A DNA stretch of 64,000 nucleotides, taken from NCBI GenBank assembly GCA_963782115.1, contig CAWAIK010000003.1:64001-128000 (forward strand). Reading direction: 5' to 3'. The notes under the pieces are model-generated. The model did not search any database and was not told the DNA's origin. It saw only the letters and a program-made list of their open reading frames with translations. Origin of the DNA: an uncultured Verrucomicrobiae bacterium (GTDB taxonomy: Bacteria; Verrucomicrobiota; Verrucomicrobiia; Chthoniobacterales; JAFAMB01). A program made the position numbers and the translations under genes. Shown in pieces: positions 56,092-64,000 of the stretch (within the stretch, counting starts at the first letter, position 1; each line of letters opens with the position of its first letter).

Positions 56092-57168
56092 ATGAGTAAA
56101 CAAGAACTTGCAACCGTCGCCAAGGCTATGGTTGCTCCTGGCAAAGGCCTCTTGGCGATGGATGAGAGCAACCGCACCTGTAACAAACGGTTTGAAGATG
56201 TCGGGATCGCGCCGACTGTAGAAAATCGCCGTGCTTACCGAGAGCTGATCTTGACAACCCCCGGCTTGGGGACCTCGATCAGCGGCGCCATTTTGTATGA
56301 TGAGACGATACGTCAAGCCAAAAAAGACGGGACTCCGCTTATCAAGGTCATGACTAATGCAGGCATCATTCCAGGGATCAAAGTTGATACTGGAGCTAAA
56401 GATTTGGCAGGTCATCCCGATGAAAAGATCACCGAGGGGTTGGATGGGTTGCGGGAACGGCTTGCCGAGTATTACAAACTAGGAGCGCGTTTTGCCAAGT
56501 GGCGAGCCGTGATCAAAATCGGTGAAGGCATTCCGAGTCATGGTTGCATCGAGGCAAACGCCCACGCCTTAGCTCGTTACGCTGCTTTATGCCAGGAGGG
56601 AGGAGTCGTTCCGATCGTTGAGCCTGAGGTCCTGATGGATGGTGACCATACCATCGGGAGGTGCTACGAGACGACTGAGAAAGTCCTGCGCGCGGTTTTC
56701 AATCAGCTTTACGCTCAACGGGTGGCTTTTGAGCTTATGATTCTGAAGCCTAACATGGTGATGCCCGGTAAAGAATGCCCTAAGCGAGCCGATGTTGCAC
56801 AAGTAGCAGAAGCCACAGTGACCAGTCTTCTGAGGGCGGTTCCTGCTGCAGTGTGTGGGGTGGCGTTTTTGTCGGGTGGGCAGAGTAGCGCATTAGCATC
56901 TGCACACTTGAATGCCATGGATGGCAAGTTTGGCTCCAGGATACCCTGGCCACTGACATTTTCTTATGCTCGCGCCATCCAGCAACCAGCCCTGCAGCTT
57001 TGGCAGGGGCTAGATGCCAACGCGAAAATTGCCCAGGACGCTTTGCTTTATCGAGCGAAGTGCAACAGCGCTGCGAGACAGGGCAAGTATCGTGAGGAGA
57101 TGGAACATGCTGAACCGGCGCTGGTTGGTTCTGAGGGTCTACATTCACACCTGAGTAGTCAGGACTAG
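56092..57168 (+). CDS. Fructose-bisphosphate aldolase class I (eukaryotic type)
   Basis: [24 protein letters not shown], Schiff-base LKPNMV, FLSGGQ, TFSYARA. Confidence 0.96.
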   Translation: MSKQELATVAKAMVAPGKGLLAMDESNRTCNKRFEDVGIAPTVENRRAYRELILTTPGLGTSISGAILYDETIRQAKKDGTPLIKVMTNAGIIPGIKVDTGAKDLAGHPDEKITEGLDGLRERLAEYYKLGARFAKWRAVIKIGEGIPSHGCIEANAHALARYAALCQEGGVVPIVEPEVLMDGDHTIGRCYETTEKVLRAVFNQLYAQRVAFELMILKPNMVMPGKECPKRADVAQVAEATVTSLLRAVPAAVCGVAFLSGGQSSALASAHLNAMDGKFGSRIPWPLTFSYARAIQQPALQLWQGLDANAKIAQDALLYRAKCNSAARQGKYREEMEHAEPALVGSEGLHSHLSSQD

Positions 57169-57176
57169 GAAGAGCC

Positions 57177-59696
57177 ATGAATCCATCCACAAAGACATCA
57201 TTAGATTCTGGATGCCAGAACTCAGTCATCGAGGACGTTCGCACTGGTTTGACTGTAGAAAACCTCAAACGAGCCCTTGCGGATAACCTTTTCTATGCGC
57301 AAGGCAAGTTTCCAGCGATCGCCACGAAGAATGATTTCTACATGGCGCTGGCGTATACTGTGCGCGATCGTCAGTGGCATCGCTGGATCAATACAATAGA
57401 AACCTACCTTAAACAAAAAGAACCTAAAGTCGTCTGTTATTTATCTGCGGAGTTCCTGTTGGGACCGCGCCTGGGAAACAGCTTGGTCAATTTAGGTATC
57501 TACAATGAAGTGTGCCAAGCGGTTGAGGAATTGGGACTGGATCTGAACGAATTGCTCGAACAAGAAGCCGAACCCGGCCTGGGCAATGGGGGGTTGGGAC
57601 GGCTTGCCGCCTGCTATATGGACTCCCTATCAACTCTGGAAATCCCCGCAATCGGCTACGGCATCCGCTACGAATTCGGTATTTTTAGCCAGGAGATTCA
57701 GGATGGCTGGCAGATTGAAATCGCAGACAAATGGTTGCGCCTGGGCGACCCATGGGAACTCCCTCGTCCAGAGTCAGCCGTCGATGTGAACTTCGGCGGT
57801 CATACAGAAGCATATACTGACGATCAAGGCCGGTATCGGGTGCGCTGGATTCCTGCGCAGGTGGTGAAAGGTGTTCCGCACGATATGCCTATCCTTGGAT
57901 ATAAGGTCAACACCGCCAATACCCTGCGTCTGTGGAAAGCGGAAGCACGTGAATCCTTCGACTTTCAGGAGTTTAACGTGGGTGACTACTACGGCGCTGT
58001 CCACGACAAGGTGGTGACAGAGAACATCACAAAAGTCCTCTATCCAAACGATGAGCCTGTCCAAGGGAAGCAATTGCGTCTGGAGCAACAATATTTCTTC
58101 GTTTGCTGTTCCCTGCAAGACATGATCCGTATACACTTGCACACAGGAGGGAGCTTAAACAACTTCCACGAAGCATTTGCCGTACAGCTGAATGATACCC
58201 ATCCATCGATTGGAGTTGCCGAGCTCATGCGTTTGCTGGTGGATGAGCATCAGATTGACTGGGATGAGGCTTGGGACATCACCCGAAAAACGTTTGCTTA
58301 CACCAACCACACGCTGCTGCCGGAAGCCCTGGAAAAGTGGCCGATCAATTTGTTTGGGAGCCTTTTGCCCCGGCATCTAGAAATTATTTACGAGATCAAT
58401 CGCCGCTTCTTGGATCAGGTGCGCCTGAAATTTGGCGACGACCTATCGCGTATTGCCCGGATGTCGTTGATTGACGAAGGCGGCGAAAGATATGTTCGGA
58501 TGGCTTATCTTGCCACGGTTGGCAGCCATAAAGTCAATGGAGTGGCCGAACTCCATTCCCAGCTTCTGAGGGAAACCACCCTGCACGACTTCTTTGAGCT
58601 CTGGCCGGAGAAATTTCTGAACATCACGAACGGCGTTACTCCGCGCCGCTTCGTGGTATCAAACAATCCTCGGCTGGCCAGCTTGGTGACCCGGAGGATT
58701 GGCGATGGCTGGATCAAACAGTTGGACGATCTCCGCAACCTGGAAGGATTGGTGGAAGACGCGGGATTCTGCAGTGAGTACCAGGACGCTAAACAAGCGA
58801 ATAAGCAAGATCTAGCCGATTACATCCACGCGCAGACCGGTATCGCCGTGAATCCGGAATCGATGTTTGATGTGCAGGTCAAACGCTTGCATGAATATAA
58901 GCGGCAACATCTGGGCCTGCTGCACGTTATCACGCTGTATAACCGCATTAAGCGCCATCGCCATACCGAGATTGTGCCGCGTACCTTTATTTTTGGGGGT
59001 AAGGCCGCGCCCGGCTATTTCATGGCCAAGCTAATCATTAAGTTGATTAACTCGGTGGGAGAAGTCGTAAACAACGACCCCGATGTAGGCGATCGGCTCC
59101 GGGTGGTCTTCTTGCCTAACTACAACGTTAAACAAGCGCGATGGATCTATCCTGCGGCGAATCTATCAGAACAAATTTCCACGGCGGGTTACGAAGCTTC
59201 CGGTACGAGCAATATGAAGTTTGCACTGAACGGAGCTTTGACGATCGGGACATTGGACGGCGCCAACATTGAAATCCGCCAAGCAGTTGGCGAAGAGAAC
59301 TTTTTCCTATTCGGATTAACCGCGGAAGAAGTCCGCGCAAAACGAACTGCCGGCTATCAACCGTGGGATTACTACTGTTCTAACCCGGAACTGCGAGAGG
59401 CGATTGATGCAATAAGTTCTGGACGCGTTTCCCGCGGCGACAGCAACTTGTTCAAGCCGCTGGTAGACTCGCTTATGAAATACGACCCATACCTGGTTTT
59501 CGCGGATTACGAAGCGTATATAAAATGCCAGGAACTGGTCAGTGAGGCGTATAAGGATCGAGAAAACTGGACGCGGATGTCCATTCTCAATACAGCCCGA
59601 ATGGGCAAATTTTCGTCTGATCGTGCGATTCGGGAGTACTGCGAGAAAATCTGGAACGCTAAACCAGTCAGGGTTGAACTCGAAGAATATGTTTAG
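57177..59696 (+). CDS. glgP: Glycogen/alpha-glucan phosphorylase
   Basis: [32 protein letters not shown] site [10 protein letters not shown]. Confidence 0.97.
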   Translation: MNPSTKTSLDSGCQNSVIEDVRTGLTVENLKRALADNLFYAQGKFPAIATKNDFYMALAYTVRDRQWHRWINTIETYLKQKEPKVVCYLSAEFLLGPRLGNSLVNLGIYNEVCQAVEELGLDLNELLEQEAEPGLGNGGLGRLAACYMDSLSTLEIPAIGYGIRYEFGIFSQEIQDGWQIEIADKWLRLGDPWELPRPESAVDVNFGGHTEAYTDDQGRYRVRWIPAQVVKGVPHDMPILGYKVNTANTLRLWKAEARESFDFQEFNVGDYYGAVHDKVVTENITKVLYPNDEPVQGKQLRLEQQYFFVCCSLQDMIRIHLHTGGSLNNFHEAFAVQLNDTHPSIGVAELMRLLVDEHQIDWDEAWDITRKTFAYTNHTLLPEALEKWPINLFGSLLPRHLEIIYEINRRFLDQVRLKFGDDLSRIARMSLIDEGGERYVRMAYLATVGSHKVNGVAELHSQLLRETTLHDFFELWPEKFLNITNGVTPRRFVVSNNPRLASLVTRRIGDGWIKQLDDLRNLEGLVEDAGFCSEYQDAKQANKQDLADYIHAQTGIAVNPESMFDVQVKRLHEYKRQHLGLLHVITLYNRIKRHRHTEIVPRTFIFGGKAAPGYFMAKLIIKLINSVGEVVNNDPDVGDRLRVVFLPNYNVKQARWIYPAANLSEQISTAGYEASGTSNMKFALNGALTIGTLDGANIEIRQAVGEENFFLFGLTAEEVRAKRTAGYQPWDYYCSNPELREAIDAISSGRVSRGDSNLFKPLVDSLMKYDPYLVFADYEAYIKCQELVSEAYKDRENWTRMSILNTARMGKFSSDRAIREYCEKIWNAKPVRVELEEYV

Positions 59697-59765
59697 GGCG
59701 ACTCGACTGGAAAGGGACAACACCCCACAAGTGCAGAGCTATCAATCGACTGTGAGGGAGGTAAG

Positions 59766-60404
59766 GTGAGCCTGACACTCTATTTTCTGCGCCATGGTGA
59801 GACCGCTTACAGCAAGACCGGCTCCTACTGTGGAGAAGTGGATGCCGAACTGACGCCGGAGGGCGTTCGCATGGCAAAAGCGTTCGCCGATGTTTATCGT
59901 TTAGTGGCATGGACGGCTGTTTATGTCAGTCCGATGAAACGCACCATCGCAACCGCACAGCCATTGTGTGACGCGCTTGGTTTGAAGATGCAACTGCGAG
60001 CCGGACTTGAAGAGATCCACTACGGGAAGTGGGAAGATAAGACGATTGACTTTGTGAAACAACACTATTGGGATGACTACATCCATTGGCTGGCTGAACC
60101 TGCCTGGAACCCGCCGACTGGAGGTGAAACTTCGGTAGAGATTGCGGCTCGAGCATCGCTGGTGATCGCGGAGATTCAGCAAAAGTATACGACGGGGAAT
60201 GTCCTGGTTGTGTCTCACAAAGGAACGATCCGAATTGTTCTCTGTGACCTGTTGGGCATCGATCTCGGGCGATATCGAGATCGGATCGATATGCCGGCTG
60301 GCTCGGTGACCGTGGTTAAGTTTGACCTGCACGGGCCGCTACTGCAGGAACTGGGTAACCGCGCTTATATGAGCGAAGACCTGCGTTCCCGGCCGGGGAC
60401 GTAG
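59766..60404 (+). CDS. Histidine phosphatase / phosphoglycerate mutase family
   Basis: RHGET, SPMKR, EIHYGKWE, GGET, VVSHKG. Confidence 0.92.
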   Translation: MSLTLYFLRHGETAYSKTGSYCGEVDAELTPEGVRMAKAFADVYRLVAWTAVYVSPMKRTIATAQPLCDALGLKMQLRAGLEEIHYGKWEDKTIDFVKQHYWDDYIHWLAEPAWNPPTGGETSVEIAARASLVIAEIQQKYTTGNVLVVSHKGTIRIVLCDLLGIDLGRYRDRIDMPAGSVTVVKFDLHGPLLQELGNRAYMSEDLRSRPGT

Positions 60405-60461
60405 ACAAGGATGAACGGAGTAGCCGCAGACGGTGCCGTCGAATCTTCGTGTGACCTTGCC

Positions 60462-60696
60462 ATGAAAATCTTAGTTCTGAACGCGGGATCGAGCAGCCAA
60501 AGACCTGTCTTTATGAGTTCGAGGCGGAAGCGCTGGCGGCTCCTTCGCAGCCGCTTTGGGAAGCCGAGATTGATTGGACGCGTCACCAGGGCTGGCGGAG
60601 ATCGCGGCTCCTGACTCAAACGTGCGAGTGTTAGTTATTCATACCGAAGAAGATTGGGAGATCGCCCGCGAATGCTGTAAACTCACTCATTGCTGA
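60462..60696 (+). pseudogene. ackA: Acetate kinase remnant (N- and C-termini fused)
   Basis: MKILVLNAGSSSQ joined to VRVLVIHTEEDWEIAREC*, with frameshifts. Confidence 0.88.
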
Positions 60697-60709
60697 AAGG
60701 AACTAACCC

Positions 60710-60991
60710 ATGGAAATCTCTGTACTCGCAGGCAGGCCTGGCCCGAAGAACCTGTTAGTACCATCGCACAACCCGCCTGAAGATGGCGGCTTCAAGTATA
60801 ACCCTCCGAATGGTGGCCCTGCGGACACGGACGTGACTCGGTGGGTTCAGGATCGAGCGAATGAGCTTTACGCCGAGAGCTTTAAGGACCAAGCGCACCT
60901 GGACGCAATTTTGAGCGAAGCCAGGGAGACGGTGAACAACGCGCTGAACTCGACTCCTCGACATGGCGGACAAGCGGCAGGACGACCATGA
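60710..60991 (+). pseudogene. pgm: Phosphoglucomutase remnant (three segments fused in frame)
   Basis: [13 protein letters not shown] / [28 protein letters not shown] / [16 protein letters not shown]. Confidence 0.9.
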
Positions 60992-61809
60992 GCGACGCCA
61001 GCGGTTCAAGAGGCTTCATTCCGTTCGCACCGCAGTACCGTGCCTCGGGAGTGCTGTTGCATGTTTCGTCGCTGCCTTCCCCCTATGGTATTGGCGATAT
61101 GGGGCCCGCTGCGTTAGCGGCGGTGGATCGCCTCAAGGCAGCACGCCAGAGCTGGTGGCAGGCGCTGCCCCTCGGCCCCACTGGTTACGGCAACTCGCCC
61201 TACCAATGCTTATCTTCATTCGCGGGCAACGGACTGCTCATCAGCCCAGATTGCCTGATCGAAGAAGGACTTTTGCGAGCCGGCGATTGCGACGAGGGGC
61301 GTTCCTTGCCGAAAAACGCCGTTGAATACAACGCGGTCATCCCCTTTAAGTACAAGTTGCTTGCGATGGCCTGGAGCAACTTCAGCTCCACCCGGCGCTC
61401 GGCCCTTCGCGTCGACTATGACCAGTTTTGTGTCGATCAGGCGCCTTGGTTGGATGACTACGCTTTGTTCCGAGCGCTGAAAGCCAGGCATGGCGGTGCT
61501 TACTACCTCCGTTGGCCGGAGGAATTTGTCCGCCGTGAGCCTGCAGCCCTGGCCCGAGCACGGGGCGACCTGGCGGAACTGATCGAACAGGTTCGATTCG
61601 CGCAGTTCCTGTTGTTCCGCCAGGGCAGGCGCCTGAGGGAATATGCCCGCGCCGCCGGTGTCCGCCTCATCGGTGACCTGCCCTTTTTCGTTTCGCCCGA
61701 CTCGAGCGACGTATGGGCCAACCCAGACCTGTTTCTGCTGGATGAAGACCGGCGGCCGCAGTTCGTTGCCGGCGTACCCCCCGATTATTTCAGCGCACAG
61801 GGGACATGA
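60988..61809 (+). pseudogene. malQ: 4-alpha-glucanotransferase, 3'-truncated
   Basis: RASGVLLHVSSLP, WQALPLGP, IGDLPFFV..DSSDVW; ends at AGVPPDYFSAQG. Confidence 0.92.
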
Positions 61810-61955
61810 ACATCCTTTGCATGGGTGGACGAACGGTGGGCCCTGCGGTGGCCTGGGATCTCGTCCAAACGTTTTTGGCCGCCGAGTTCAGTCAAGCCGA
61901 GCGGCATCTGCGACGCCTGGGCAAAGTGACTTCCATGGAGGCAGGAAAGGAATAG
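61803..61955 (+). pseudogene. rpiB: Ribose-5-phosphate isomerase B C-terminal fragment
   Basis: DMNILCMGGRTVGPAVAWDLVQTFLAAEFSQAERHLRRLGKV; read by hand, not in the ORF track. Confidence 0.85.
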
Positions 61956-61975
61956 AAAACCGAAAAGAGAGTACC

Positions 61976-62377
61976 ATGTCAGCCGACAAAACTGTTCAAC
62001 TGGCGATCAACACAATTCGCTCGCTCGCAATCGACGCGATCCAGAAGGCGAACTCCGGTCATCCCGGCACGCCGCTGGACGCCGCTCCGACCGCGTATAC
62101 GTTGTGGCAGCAAGTTCTGCAATTGTTCGATGAACAAGATCAGCAATACCAGGACAGCGTGCTGCCGCCATCGGTAACGGCACGCGTAACGGTGGAGGAG
62201 GCTTCGCCGATTGGCTGGGAGCGATACGCCGGACGCGACGGCGCGGTGCTGGGTATGCGCACCTTTGGCATGTCGGCCCCGATGAAAATAGTGGCCGAAC
62301 ATTTTGGCTTTACTCCTGACCATGTAGCGGCGGTCGCGAAAGAGGTCGTAGCTCGCTGCCAGGGGAGGGCAGGCTGA
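61976..62377 (+). pseudogene. tkt: Transketolase remnant (N- and C-termini fused in frame)
   Basis: AINTIRSLAIDAIQKANSGHPG..LWQQVL / LFDEQDQQYQDSVLPP..FGMSAP..FGFT. Confidence 0.9.
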
Positions 62378-62402
62378 ACACGGCGGCGCCGGGGCAATGC
62401 CG

Positions 62403-63883
62403 ATGCGCGCCTGGCCTGGTCGCCCCTATCCGCTTGGAGCCACACGCTCGGCTTCTTTGCACCCGATCCGCGCTACGCCGCGGCGGGACCGAATTGGGCG
62501 GTGCAGGAGTTCAAGTCGATGGTTCGCACGTTGCACTCCGCGGGAATCGAAGTCATTCTTGACGTCGTTTACAACCACACTCGGAGGGTGACCATCTTGG
62601 CCCTACAGTCTCGATGCGCGGCATCGACAACGCGGCCTACTACCGCCTCGCCGGCGACGCCCGGTACTACGTCGATTTCACCGGCTGCGGCAACTCGCTT
62701 AATGTCTCCCATCCGACCGTGCTCAAACTCATTATGGATAGCCTGCGTTACTGGGTATCGGAGATGCGTGTGGATGGTTTTCGCTTCGATCTGGCCAGCG
62801 CCCTGGCCCGCCAGTTGTTTGAGGTAGATCGACTTGGCGCCTTTTTCGACATCATCCACCAGGATCCGGTGATCTCACAGGTAAAGCTGATCGCCGAGCC
62901 CTGGGACCTCGGGCCGGGCGGTTATCAGGTTGGAAATTTCCCGGTGCTCTGGTCGGAGTGGAATGGTAAGTATCGTGATTGCGTGCGGCGCTTTTGGAAA
63001 GGCGACGGCGGCACGGTCGCGGAGCTGGCCACGCGTCTCTCAGGTAGCAGCGATCTTTATCAGAAGACCAGTCGCAAGCCCAGCGCAAGCCTGAATTTTG
63101 TGACCTGTCATGACGGCTTTACGCTTCGCGATCTCGTCAGCTATCAAAGCAAGCACAACGAAGCCAATGGCGAGAACAATCGCGATGGCACGGATCAGAA
63201 CAATAGTTGGAATTGCGGCGTCGAAGGTCCAACCGACGACCCGTCGATCAATGCGCTACGGGGCCGACAGCAACGCAATTTTCTCGCTACTCTCTTCCTC
63301 TCCCAGGGTGTGCCGATGCTTCTGGCTGGCGACGAGTTAGGCCACACGCAATTGGGGAACAACAACGCATATTGCCAGGACTCGCCGCTCACCTGGCTCA
63401 ACTGGGACCTCACGCCGGAACAACGAGAGCTCCTGGAGTTTGTCCGAGGACTAATGAAATTGCGCAACCAGGATCCCGCCTTTCGGCGCCGTCATTTTTT
63501 TTCAGGGTAGGCCGATTCATGGTCTCGATGTCAAAGACCTGTACTGGCTCACGCCTGCCGGAACTGAAATGTCAGACCAGGACTGGAATGCCGGAGATGC
63601 CCGCTGCTTCGGTATGGGCCTGCTGGGTGGTCAGATCGACGAAACCAATGAACAAGGCGAGCGGATTGTGGGCGACTCATTCCTTATCCTGCTCAATGCA
63701 CACCATGAATGCGTCTCGTTTCGCCTCAGTGCCCGCGCACGCGATCAGAACTGGGAACTGGTATTCGACACGTCGAGTGCAAGCATGGCCCGCCGCCTAC
63801 TCGGGCGCTTGGCCGAATACCCGCTGCAGGCCCGGTCGGTCGCGGTATTGCGTCCCGAGCCTGCAATGCCTCACAAATCGTGA
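62403..63883 (+). pseudogene. glgX: Glycogen debranching enzyme, internally deleted and frameshifted
   Basis: [11 protein letters not shown] joined to [35 protein letters not shown]; frameshifts near 62585 and 63500. Confidence 0.93.
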
Positions 63884-63898
63884 GAGATTTGTGAGGCA
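63867..63898. terminator. 13-bp perfect inverted repeat at the glgX stop
   Basis: TGCCTCACAAATC-gtgaga-GATTTGTGAGGCA; no U-tract on the plus strand. Confidence 0.45.
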
Positions 63899-64000
63899 AA
63901 TAAGCAATTAGCTTAGCGCAGCGAAATCTCGAGGCATCCGCACACACCCGTGGGACGCGGAATATCCTGGAAGGTAGCCGGCGTTTACCTGAAGAGACAG

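Noticed and set aside
1..64000. CRISPR array, tRNA, rRNA or prophage genes
   Set aside because: No regularly spaced repeats, cloverleaf/rRNA signatures or phage structural genes seen by eye.

Overview
A 64-kb bacterial accessory region with no rRNA, tRNA or CRISPR array detected. Gene style suggests a soil bacterium, possibly Verrucomicrobiota (weak inference). The window is largely a gene graveyard, with intact islands among many frameshifted, truncated or internally deleted remnants fused end to end. Intact units: anti-sigma factor, Tat-exported ferritin-like protein, MFS and ABCD-type transporters; a divergent oxyR / katA-hemA peroxide module with a near-perfect OxyR operator; several TetR/MarR/LysR/HxlR plus SDR/hydrolase modules; ppk2; and the front of a glycogen/phosphoketolase cluster (xfp-fba-glgP-phosphatase). 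The back of that cluster (ackA, pgm, malQ, rpiB, tkt, glgX) is collapsed by large internal deletions. A kinase/AAA/GAF/histidine kinase - LysR - small ORF - xfp - fba module occurs twice in different states of decay. Mobile DNA: an IS701 remnant, a remnant of an unclassified putative transposase with a Rep_trans-like motif, and the most notable element, an apparently complete 750-nt ORF-less group II intron (35301-36050, minus strand) with a perfect EBS1/IBS1 match, inserted in a hairpin-rich non-coding locus.
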